Shown here one piece after another: positions 37,783-46,182 of a DNA stretch of 46,600 nucleotides. The stretch covers positions 1 through 46,600 of IMG/VR virus record IMGVR_UViG_3300048861_000262; one strand, given 5' to 3'. Positions within the stretch are counted from its first letter, which is position 1. Each line of letters opens with the position of its first letter. The notes beneath the pieces were generated by a model, which saw only the letters and a program-made list of their open reading frames with translations, was not told the DNA's origin and ran no database searches. The DNA comes from a virus. Its lineage: Duplodnaviria > Caudoviricetes. The position numbers were made by a program, and so were the translations under genes.

Positions 37783-39257
37783 TCACACTCAGGACAGATC
37801 AAGAAGACGTTCGGACGAAGTTGCGAATTGCCTTGCGCTCGTCTTCGTCGGTGCTGACCTATGCGCCTACTGGCTTCGGGAAAACCGTCCTCGCCGCTGC
37901 GCTGATCAAGATGATTTTCAGTGCTGGAAAGCGCGTCATATTTTGCGTCCACCGCGTTGACCTGATCGTGCAGACGGCGAAGACGTTCGAGAAATTCGGA
38001 ATTCCGTTTTCCTATATCGCCGCCGATCATCACTATAACCCGTATCACCGCGTCTTCATCGCGTCGATTGCCACGCTGAGAAATCGCCTCGGTAAAATCC
38101 CTGCTGATTACGTCATGGTTGATGAGGCGCACTTGAGCGCCGCGTCTGGTTGGGCCGCTGTCGCAAAACATTACAAGGACGAGGGCGCTAAGCTCATTGG
38201 CTATACGGGATCGCCGGAACGCCTGGACGGTAAGCCTCTCGGTGACGTGTGGGACGTGATGGTTATGGGGCCGTCTCCTCGCTGGCTGATCGAGCAGGGG
38301 TTCTTGTCTAAATATCGGGCGTTCGCTCCTGCCGGTCTTGACCTCTCCGGCCTTCATGTTCGCGACGGGAAATACGTTGACTCAGAAGTTGACGAATTAA
38401 TGTCGGGCAAGGCCGTTATTTCTAACGCGGTCAAACACTGGAAGAATATCGCGCACGGAAAGCGGACTATTGGTTTCTGTCCATCGGTGAAGCGCGCGGA
38501 ACAATACGCGGCTGATTTTCGGGCGGCGGGGATTATGGCCGTCGCTCTCGACGGTGAGACACCGCAAGCTGATCGACGGGCTGCGTTTATCGGCTTCGCT
38601 GACCGGCAGATTGATATCATTTTCAATTGCCGCCTCTTCTGCGAGGGCTTCGATCTTGCCGCGCAAGTTGACCGCGCCGTGACGATTGAATGCGTTCTCG
38701 ACAACTCACCAACGCAATCGCTCGCAAACCATCTGCAAAAGCACGGTCGCGGCCTGCGCCAAGACGAAACAGGCGTTCCGCATATCCTGCTAGATATGGT
38801 CGGCGGGTTCTCTCGTCTCGGCTTTCCAGACGATGAACGCGAATGGAGCCTTGAGGGCCGCGCGAAGAATACGCGCGAAGTCGAAAATATGACTTGCCCG
38901 AAGTGCTTCGCCAGCCATGCCGCCGCGCCGAAATGCGTCGAGTGCGATCATGTCTATCCCGTCAAGAAACGTGACGTTTTGGGAGAGGGCCGCGTTCTTA
39001 GCGAGGTCGATGGCGTTCTTGAGGAAATCGATCTTGAGGCCGCGCGCCGTGAGCGCAAACGCCTCCATGACGAGCAGGCCAGAGAGCTAGCCGCCGACTT
39101 CAAGGCGGGCCGCGACTTGGACAAGAGCATCAAGCATCAGCTTGAGGATTTGCTCAAGACGACCACGGCGAAGAAATCAAAATCTCCTGAAAAGTGGGCG
39201 GCTCACGTTCTTACGGCGAGGCTGGCGAAGAAGGACGAAAGGAAGATGGTAGGCTAA
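37779..39257 (+). CDS. SF2 DEAH helicase with C-terminal zinc finger
   Basis: APTGFGKT, DEAH, TGSPERLDG, EGFD, QKHGRGLR, CPKC/CVEC. Confidence 0.92.
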   Translation: MITLRTDQEDVRTKLRIALRSSSSVLTYAPTGFGKTVLAAALIKMIFSAGKRVIFCVHRVDLIVQTAKTFEKFGIPFSYIAADHHYNPYHRVFIASIATLRNRLGKIPADYVMVDEAHLSAASGWAAVAKHYKDEGAKLIGYTGSPERLDGKPLGDVWDVMVMGPSPRWLIEQGFLSKYRAFAPAGLDLSGLHVRDGKYVDSEVDELMSGKAVISNAVKHWKNIAHGKRTIGFCPSVKRAEQYAADFRAAGIMAVALDGETPQADRRAAFIGFADRQIDIIFNCRLFCEGFDLAAQVDRAVTIECVLDNSPTQSLANHLQKHGRGLRQDETGVPHILLDMVGGFSRLGFPDDEREWSLEGRAKNTREVENMTCPKCFASHAAAPKCVECDHVYPVKKRDVLGEGRVLSEVDGVLEEIDLEAARRERKRLHDEQARELAADFKAGRDLDKSIKHQLEDLLKTTTAKKSKSPEKWAAHVLTARLAKKDERKMVG

Positions 39258-39757
39258 TGGGGATCAAGCAATCTCATGGTTTCAGGTCGATGAATATCGA
39301 TCCTTCCCACGGCGTCCAGCCGAAGACTGGTTATACCAGGGACAAATCAGGGAAAGATTACCTTTCGTCATATGACGAAATTCTTGACGCACAAGCGCGC
39401 GTGGACGGCGGGTCTCGGTTCAAAAAAGTAGAACTGGAACACGCGTTGAATTGCCCTTGCTGCAAGCAGCCGGTTCGCGTTCCATCCGTCGAGATGGTCA
39501 TTGATCACTACGGCGTCACCCCGCTTGAGGCTCGCATCCTCGGTGCCGTCTGGAAGGGTCGCGGCATGCCCGTCATGACTGAAAGGGTTTTCGACGCGAT
39601 GTACGTCGATGATCCTGACGGCGGGCCAACTCCCACGAAAATGTATCTCGCGTTCAAGGTGGCGCTTTGCCATCTCCGCGAGAAGCTAGAGGGCTCCGGC
39701 ATCTCCATCGAGAATGTCGGTTATCGCCGGGGATACCGGCTTGTTTTGGGAAATTAA
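39257..39757 (+). CDS. Zn-ribbon plus OmpR-like winged-helix protein
   Basis: CPCC; TPLEARIL...LCHLREKL...IENVGYRRGYRL. Confidence 0.75.
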   Translation: MGIKQSHGFRSMNIDPSHGVQPKTGYTRDKSGKDYLSSYDEILDAQARVDGGSRFKKVELEHALNCPCCKQPVRVPSVEMVIDHYGVTPLEARILGAVWKGRGMPVMTERVFDAMYVDDPDGGPTPTKMYLAFKVALCHLREKLEGSGISIENVGYRRGYRLVLGN

Positions 39758-39766
39758 GGAGAAGAA

Positions 39767-39931
39767 ATGCACAAGGTTGAAGTTGCACTCGCGTCTATCG
39801 GTCGCCGTTTGATTGGCGGCTTCCGTACGCGTGATGCGTGGTACTACGCGCGGCGTTCTTACTATCGTCCTCACCAGGGAAAGCGCGAGATTGCGCGTCG
39901 TCTTCGTCAGGCTGCAAAGGTGGCCGCATAA
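39767..39931 (+). CDS. 54-aa Arg-rich protein absent from ORF track
   Basis: AAGGAG RBS; TAATG coupling to ssb; [14 protein letters not shown]...[22 protein letters not shown]. Confidence 0.7.
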   Translation: MHKVEVALASIGRRLIGGFRTRDAWYYARRSYYRPHQGKREIARRLRQAAKVAA

Positions 39932-40431
39932 TGGCGGGCTCTCTAAACAAGGTGCAGTTGATCGGCAACCTCGGGGCCGATCCTGAAATCAGGCGCACTC
40001 AAGACGGCAAGCCGATTGCAAATCTCAGTATCGCCACGTCGGAAACGTGGCGCGACAAGAACAGCGGCGAGCGTCGGGAAAAAACCGAATGGCACCGCGT
40101 CGTATGTTTCAGTGAGGGCCTTTGCGGCATCATTGAGAAGTACGTGAAGAAGGGCGATAAAGTCTATATCGAAGGCCAGTTGCAAACGCGCAAGTGGCAG
40201 GATCAGGAAGGCAACGACCGGTATTCTACCGAGATCGTTTTGCAGGCGTTCAACGGCACGTTGACCATGCTTAGCTCCAGCGGCGGCGGCGAACGTGATG
40301 GCGATGGCCGTGGAGATCACGACGCCGGGAACAATGGCAATCGTGACGGCGGGCGTGAAGAGCGCGACCGTGGGCGGCAAGATGGGCGCGGGAATTTCAG
40401 CCGCGATGTTGACGACGATATACCGTTTTAG
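39931..40431 (+). CDS. ssb: Single-stranded DNA-binding protein
   Basis: [19 protein letters not shown]...TEWHRVV...DDDIPF. Confidence 0.95.
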   Translation: MAGSLNKVQLIGNLGADPEIRRTQDGKPIANLSIATSETWRDKNSGERREKTEWHRVVCFSEGLCGIIEKYVKKGDKVYIEGQLQTRKWQDQEGNDRYSTEIVLQAFNGTLTMLSSSGGGERDGDGRGDHDAGNNGNRDGGREERDRGRQDGRGNFSRDVDDDIPF

Positions 40432-40446
40432 CAGAGGGCCGCGCCG

Positions 40447-40854
40447 ATGTCCGAAGCTGACTTTATGCGCCAACTTCAACGCCTTGCCTCCACACTTGGG
40501 GCAAGGCTCTTTCGGCAACAAACCGGTATGGGTTGGGTCGGTCGGAAGATTGAACGAATTTACGCAGCGCGCAAGGTGCGCGTTGGTCCTGGGGATGTTG
40601 TCATTCGTGGCGCTCGACCGTTCCACTCTGGATTTGATGGATGGTCGGACCTGGGCGGATGGTCGCCCCTTGTCATCACTGCCGAAATGGTCGGCTCAAC
40701 CGTTGCCGTCTACACACAAGTAGAGGTCAAAATTGACGCGGCAACAACGGAAGAACAAACCGCGTGGATCGATGCTGTCAACGCTGCCGGTGGCCGGGCC
40801 GGTGTTGCGAAAAGTGATGAAGACTTAACGAAAATTCTTAGCGGAAATCACTAG
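40447..40854 (+). CDS. VRR-NUC-like nuclease
   Basis: GWSDLGG...VEVK...EEQTAWIDAVNAAGGRAGV. Confidence 0.8.
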   Translation: MSEADFMRQLQRLASTLGARLFRQQTGMGWVGRKIERIYAARKVRVGPGDVVIRGARPFHSGFDGWSDLGGWSPLVITAEMVGSTVAVYTQVEVKIDAATTEEQTAWIDAVNAAGGRAGVAKSDEDLTKILSGNH

Positions 40855-40935
40855 AAAACGGCATCACGCCCTTGCGTTTTTCTCTGCACAGTGTTGCTAT
40901 AAACGCAACAGCAAATCACTAAGAGGGTTAACGAA

Positions 40936-41823
40936 TTGTCATCTGATGTTGAACGCCTTCGGCGTGATGTCTCCCTATCTTCTACCGTTTCTAGCTTCGG
41001 CTTCAAATTGGAACGGGACGGCGGCGAATATGTTTGCTGCTGCCCGTTCCATTCCGAAGAGACAGGCTCATTCACGATATTCGGCGGCAAGGATGGCGTT
41101 GAGCGTTTCCATTGCTTCGGATGCGGCGAGCGTGGCGATGTCATGGATTTCGTCCAGAAGATTAAGGGCGTAAACCTACCGGAAGCAATCAAGATACTCG
41201 GCGGCGGCGATAGCTCTCGCCCGAATATCGCCCCTCGCAAGGTCGAGGTAAGAGATATCTATGCTGGCATAGTTCCGTGTGTTCCGCCGTCTGATCCGAT
41301 CGAACGCGGCAAGCGCGTCAAGCTCTACAATCCGAAGCGCAAGGGAGAGCAATCCGAATGGGGATCGTTCGCGCCGTCGATGGTCTTTCCCTATCGCCTC
41401 GTGAACGGCGATCTTCTCGGCTATGTCCTGCGCCACGATATGAGCGACGGCAAAGAAACGCCAATGGTCATGTTCGTTTGCCTGCCTGACGGTACGCAAA
41501 CATGGTGCCGCTTCCCCTTTCCGAAACCTCGCCCGCTTTACGGGCTCGATCAGCTTGGCGATGCCCGGCAAGTGATCGTAGTCGAGGGCGAGAAGTGCCG
41601 CGATGGGCTCGTAAGGGCTACGGGGCGCACGGTCATCTCCTGGCCGGGTGGAACGCAAGGCGTCAAGCATACCGACTGGTCACCGCTGGCTGGTCGAAAC
41701 ATCGTCAAGTGGCCGGATGCTGATGGGCCGGGTCTCGCTACCGCCGACGAAATCGGCTCGATACTTGTCGCCCTTGGCTGCACCTATCGGGTTCTCAACG
41801 TCGTGCAGGGGGCCACGCAATGA
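40936..41823 (+). CDS. Primase: CHC2 zinc finger plus truncated TOPRIM
   Basis: CPFH.E.TGSF, CFGCG, RPLYGL, VEGEKC, WPDAD..G; terminal GWD.AD motif missing. Confidence 0.88.
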   Translation: MSSDVERLRRDVSLSSTVSSFGFKLERDGGEYVCCCPFHSEETGSFTIFGGKDGVERFHCFGCGERGDVMDFVQKIKGVNLPEAIKILGGGDSSRPNIAPRKVEVRDIYAGIVPCVPPSDPIERGKRVKLYNPKRKGEQSEWGSFAPSMVFPYRLVNGDLLGYVLRHDMSDGKETPMVMFVCLPDGTQTWCRFPFPKPRPLYGLDQLGDARQVIVVEGEKCRDGLVRATGRTVISWPGGTQGVKHTDWSPLAGRNIVKWPDADGPGLATADEIGSILVALGCTYRVLNVVQGATQ

Positions 41824-42029
41824 GCCATCACGTTTATTCAGTTCCCGAACTGGTCTTGAGGGAATTGCGCGAGCGCAATGCTCGTTGGGAAGTAAAGCCC
41901 GGCTCCATCCATGGAAAGCTGATCGTCAACGGCGTGTTCTGTGGTGTCGTCTCACAAGGTCGCGGTAAAGATGAGCCGCGTTTCGCCCGCAATCTGCGCG
42001 CACAGGTGAGGCAAGCTCTAGCGAAATGA
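41820..42029 (+). CDS. Small basic protein, HicA-like pattern
   Basis: Coupled at both ends (ATGA); WEVKPGSIHGKL...RFARNLRAQVRQ. Confidence 0.55.
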   Translation: MSHHVYSVPELVLRELRERNARWEVKPGSIHGKLIVNGVFCGVVSQGRGKDEPRFARNLRAQVRQALAK

Positions 42030-43564
42030 CATATTCATTTGATGATTGGCAATCAGGTGCTACGCCTCCCAAAGGATGGGATTGCGCGGATGCGATTGCT
42101 GATGGATGGACTAAGGAAAACCTTGACGCGTTCATGCGGGCGACCGTTCGCGCCTGGACGCCTCCGACGCCGCCAGCGGAAAAGACGCCAGAGAAGGCCA
42201 AGGAAGAGCGCCCGGCTCCTGCCGGTCCTGTCGTGCCGATCTCAAGCGGTTCGCCTGTACGCGAGGCGCGCACGACGCAGCAAGAGCAAGCCGAACCGGC
42301 GACCGTCACGCACTTTCAAACGCGGAAGACGGTCAAGGCTGATGATAATTGGCTGCTCGGCCTCGTCTGCAACGATGAGGGTAAAGTCAAGCCGGGCGTG
42401 ACGAAGAATTGGGCGCTGTTTCTGGAGAACCATGAAGACTTGAAAGGCGTGTTCGCATTCGACGCTTTTAAGATGCGCGTCATGTTGATGAGCAAGCCGC
42501 CGTGGGAAATGGCGCGTAGCTCCTGGGAACCGCGCATGCTCAATGATCGCGACTATAGCGAGGCGGTCATGTGGCTTGAGGCGAAATATATGACGCCGAA
42601 GCAATCGAATATCGCACCGGTAATTCAGACGGTCGCGGAACATTCGAGCTTTGACCGGCTGACGGAATACCTGACTGGCCTCGAATGGGATCGCAAGCCG
42701 CGCATTGCCAAGTGGCTCACATACTACATGGGCGTCGATCCTGATGGCTACTCGGAAACTGTTGGCATGCGTTGGCTAATCTCCAGCGTTGCGCGCGGGC
42801 TAAAGCCTGGGTGCAAAGTCGATACCATGCCGATCCTTGAAGGACCGCAAGGCGCGATGAAATCGACGGCGCTGCGCGTCCTTTACGGAAGCGAGTTCTT
42901 CACTGACGGACTTTCTGACATCGGCTCGAAAGATGCCAAGATGGAAATGCAAGGCGTATGGGGCCTTGAAGTCGCGGAAATGCACAAGTTTTCCGCCGCA
43001 GAAGTCAATGAAGTAAAGAAATTCTTGACGCAACAGATTGACCGTTTTCGCCCTCCATATGGTCGATCTGTGATCGACGCTCCTCGGCGCGTTGTATTGA
43101 ACGGCACAATCAATCCAGAGGGCAACGCCTATCTGCGCGATCCTACCGGAGCGCGCCGGTTCTGGCCTATCACGGTCGGCAGGATAGACATTGACGCGAT
43201 GGCCGCTGATCGCGATCAGCTATGGGCGGAAGCTGTGCATCTGTTCAATCAGAAAACTCCTTGGTGGGTGCAGGAGAATGAGCTTGAAGCGGTTGAGGCC
43301 GAACAAGCGAAGCGAACAGACGTTGACGTTTGGGTTGATCTGATTGTGCCTATGCTCAAGGGCCAAAAGTCCTTAGCTCAAGTCGATATCTTCGCCGGTC
43401 TCGGCATCCCGAAAAAGGATGCTGACTGGAGACATGCAACGCGCGTGGGCCGGATCATGAAAAAGCTTGGCTGGAATGTCGGGCGTGACCGTCGCGGCGG
43501 TGAAGACAAGGTGACGTTCTACAATCCGAGTTTCAGCGAAGACGAGCAAGAGGTTGAATTCTAG
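42026..43564 (+). CDS. VirE/VapE-like replicative ATPase/helicase
   Basis: KPGCKVD, LEGPQGAMKST, FRPPYGR, YLRDPTGARRFWP, RDQLWAEA; N-terminal PKGWDCADA. Confidence 0.9.
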   Translation: MTYSFDDWQSGATPPKGWDCADAIADGWTKENLDAFMRATVRAWTPPTPPAEKTPEKAKEERPAPAGPVVPISSGSPVREARTTQQEQAEPATVTHFQTRKTVKADDNWLLGLVCNDEGKVKPGVTKNWALFLENHEDLKGVFAFDAFKMRVMLMSKPPWEMARSSWEPRMLNDRDYSEAVMWLEAKYMTPKQSNIAPVIQTVAEHSSFDRLTEYLTGLEWDRKPRIAKWLTYYMGVDPDGYSETVGMRWLISSVARGLKPGCKVDTMPILEGPQGAMKSTALRVLYGSEFFTDGLSDIGSKDAKMEMQGVWGLEVAEMHKFSAAEVNEVKKFLTQQIDRFRPPYGRSVIDAPRRVVLNGTINPEGNAYLRDPTGARRFWPITVGRIDIDAMAADRDQLWAEAVHLFNQKTPWWVQENELEAVEAEQAKRTDVDVWVDLIVPMLKGQKSLAQVDIFAGLGIPKKDADWRHATRVGRIMKKLGWNVGRDRRGGEDKVTFYNPSFSEDEQEVEF

Positions 43565-43570
43565 GCAATA

Positions 43571-43606
43571 AGAAAGCCGCAACCGGCTCATTCCGGTGCG
43601 GCTTCT
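43571..43606. terminator. Hairpin between convergent genes (probable bidirectional terminator)
   Basis: AAGCCGCA(A)CCGG/CCGGTGCGGCTT stem. Confidence 0.6.
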
Positions 43607-43753
43607 AGCTTATCCTAATTTGCTCTAATTACACCGGCAACATGATGCCCTTACCCCTCGGCGGGCCGGTGACTTTCTTCAAGTACGATCAGAACCATTT
43701 TCAAGCAATCTCTTAGGGGCGATTGCCAAGGAGTCTCCGCGTCGGGGTGTTCG

Positions 43754-44002
43754 TTATTCGATGTCGGTTGGAAGCTTCACGCGGCCCGGCTGAAACACAG
43801 CTCGGTTGACCGCCATAAAGCCTTGCTCGATATGCGTACGGCCAACTGCAAGCCATCGGCCATCAATGCCGGGCATGTCCTTAAGGTAATCGAGGATGCG
43901 CAACACGCTTTCCTCTACCTGCTTGTTCGCGTTGACGAGAGTTACCTTTTCATCGCTCTGCGGCTTGTAGCCAGCAACGGGCAGTCCGTTATGGTCTGTC
44001 AT
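43754..44002 (-). CDS. Acb2-like anti-CBASS cyclic-nucleotide sponge
   Basis: GY....SDE.V..VN.NK...RWLAVGRTHIEQGFMAVNRAVFQP matches Acb2 motif series; GAGG RBS. Confidence 0.75.
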   Translation of the reverse strand: MTDHNGLPVAGYKPQSDEKVTLVNANKQVEESVLRILDYLKDMPGIDGRWLAVGRTHIEQGFMAVNRAVFQPGRVKLPTDIE

Positions 44003-44087
44003 CGTATGTCCTCGGGTTGATCGGTTCGACGGTGACAACCTTTGACTACGAATAGTTGTCGCGTTTTAACCAACGCGGGAAATTGAA

Positions 44088-44885
44088 ATGTCAAAGGGAA
44101 ATTTTGCAGCATGTTGCGCCGTGACGCTCGGATATGAGGGCGGCATGAGTACGGTAAAGACAGATCCAGGCAACTGGACAGGCGGAGCGGTCGGCAAGGG
44201 AACGCTTAAAGGAACGAAGTACGGTATTGCCGCTTCTGCTTTCCCGAACCTCGATATTGCGAACCTCACGGTTGCCGACGTTCAGCCGATCTATCAGCAA
44301 AAATACTGGACGCCGATCAAAGGCGAACTGCTGCCCGCTGGCGTCGATCTCGCGACCTACGATTACGGCGTCAACTCTGGCCCGGCTCGATCCTCTCGCG
44401 ATCTGCAATCCGTCGTCGGCGTCTGGCCTGATGGCATTATCGGCCCTGCTACTCTCAAGGCCGTGGCCGTGGCTGACGGCAAGGCCACCATTCAAAAGCT
44501 CTGCGCTAAGCGCCTCGGCTTCCTCCAGCATCTGAAAATCTGGAATGCGTTTAAACGGGGCTGGTCAAGCCGCGTTGCCAGCGTCGAAGCGAAAGCCGTC
44601 TCTATGTTCCTCTCTGCCGGTGCGCCGCTCACTGCCGACAATCGTCAAGCCCTCCTGGCGGAAAGCGATGCAGCCGACAAGAAGGCAACCACACAGGCCA
44701 GCACGGCGGGCGGCGCGACTGCTGCGAGCGGCGGGACGATGGTCACGACGGGCGATCATTCCTGGCTGATGATCGCGGGCGCTATCGTGATTGTCGTCGT
44801 CATCGTCGGCGTTCTGGTGGTCATGTACCAGCACAACAAGGCACGCGCCGCTGCCTATGCCGCCGAAGCGAAGGCAGGCGCGTAA
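44088..44885 (+). CDS. Endolysin, glycoside hydrolase family 108 with PG-binding domain and C-terminal TM
   Basis: EGG catalytic motif, DPGNWTGG, GTKYGI, DYGVNSGP, DGIIGPAT, F.RGW..RV. Confidence 0.9.
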   Translation: MSKGNFAACCAVTLGYEGGMSTVKTDPGNWTGGAVGKGTLKGTKYGIAASAFPNLDIANLTVADVQPIYQQKYWTPIKGELLPAGVDLATYDYGVNSGPARSSRDLQSVVGVWPDGIIGPATLKAVAVADGKATIQKLCAKRLGFLQHLKIWNAFKRGWSSRVASVEAKAVSMFLSAGAPLTADNRQALLAESDAADKKATTQASTAGGATAASGGTMVTTGDHSWLMIAGAIVIVVVIVGVLVVMYQHNKARAAAYAAEAKAGA

Positions 44886-44948
44886 TGCGCCTGCTTGTCT
44901 ATGGTCTGTTGATTGCAGTAGCCGCCGCGTCCTGGGGATTTGCGGCGG

Positions 44949-46031
44949 CTATTGTTTTTTACTGGTGATTATATCAAGCCATTTCCATCCCGCGTACTTG
45001 TCGCCTGTCTGGCGAATGTGGGTGTAGCGCTTCAAGCTGTTCCACGATCTATGTCCAGACACGGCGGCGGCATGCGGGATATTCATTCCCATCTCAAACA
45101 AGCGGGAAATCCCTTCATGGCGGAAGTCGTGAAAATGCAAATCCTCTATGCCTAGAAGCTGCATCTTTAGAGGGAACACGCTTGATATCGATTTCGTTCG
45201 AAAGGGGAAAACCTTTTTCGAAGTCCTTGGAAGTATGTTCAATACCCTTATGGCCTCGTCTGGAAGGTCGCACCATACATCATTGCCGATCTTCTCGCCT
45301 GGGTTCTTCATATCCCTGACAAGCATGCGTTTGCCGCCCTCGTCATAGTCCTCCCAATTCATCCTAACAATCTCATCCTGTCGTCTGGTCGAAAAGATCG
45401 CGAAGGGGATCATGATGTGCATTGGGACGGACTTAGGAAACTTCTTATTCCGCTCGACGTAGTGAGCCATGATCAAATCAAGCTCCTCCATCGTCGGGCG
45501 TCGGTCGCGTTCGTCCGATCGCTTGATATATCCTAGTTTCTTCGCGACCATCACAGCGTCATCCATCGCCTGTTTATCGAGCGGGTAATTCCATGCCGGG
45601 CGCGCGATTGTGAACAGCGATGCGAGGTGCGAAAAATAGTTGCCGACTGTCTGCGGCTTTCTGGTCTTGCCAAGCTCTTTCGCGTAGTCAACTAGGTCCT
45701 GGCTGCGGATATCCTCGCAAAGCTTTTTGGATATCTCATGAGTTTTGATTATGTCGAGCGTGTTCGCTTTTGTCTTGCCTAGCTCCTTGAGGCTTTCCGC
45801 TGTATAGGTGTCGATGGCGTCGGAAAGGGTCTTGCCCGATTTTCGCGCGCGCTCGATTGCGCCCGGTTTCGAAAGCTCTTCCTCTCGCTTCGCGATCCAT
45901 GCTGCGGCGGCTTTCTCGCGCTCGAAAGTCTTGCTCTCTCGATGGATGATTGTACCGTCACGTTTGATTATAATCTTCGCCATATGGGCGGTTGTTTTGT
46001 CTTGCCGTTGCCTGCTAACGATAGTTCCCAT
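44949..46031 (-). CDS. int: Tyrosine integrase, dusA-associated type
   Basis: STRRQDEI (R), K, HDFRHEG (HxxR), SGH...RYTH; divergent from dusA. Confidence 0.93.
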   Translation of the reverse strand: MGTIVSRQRQDKTTAHMAKIIIKRDGTIIHRESKTFEREKAAAAWIAKREEELSKPGAIERARKSGKTLSDAIDTYTAESLKELGKTKANTLDIIKTHEISKKLCEDIRSQDLVDYAKELGKTRKPQTVGNYFSHLASLFTIARPAWNYPLDKQAMDDAVMVAKKLGYIKRSDERDRRPTMEELDLIMAHYVERNKKFPKSVPMHIMIPFAIFSTRRQDEIVRMNWEDYDEGGKRMLVRDMKNPGEKIGNDVWCDLPDEAIRVLNILPRTSKKVFPFRTKSISSVFPLKMQLLGIEDLHFHDFRHEGISRLFEMGMNIPHAAAVSGHRSWNSLKRYTHIRQTGDKYAGWKWLDIITSKKQ

Positions 46032-46169
46032 TCCGGTATCACAAGCCTCCTGTTCGGGTTACATTGTGATACTTACCGGCAAAGAATACGCAGCGATATA
46101 GGTAAATGCGCAACGATACGCAACATGTTGCGCAACAGTGTCAACGGACAAAACAAGGAAAGTAAGTGA

Positions 46170-46182
46170 AATCAATGGATTA
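46170..46182 (+). promoter_or_regulatory. IHF consensus site next to att
   Basis: AATCAATGGATTA matches WATCAANNNNTTR. Confidence 0.55.

Noticed and set aside
41818-42064. Intein or group I/II intron interrupting the primase
   Set aside because: No intein terminal residues (C/S...HN), no recognisable intron core or termini, and the gap is filled by a coupled ORF
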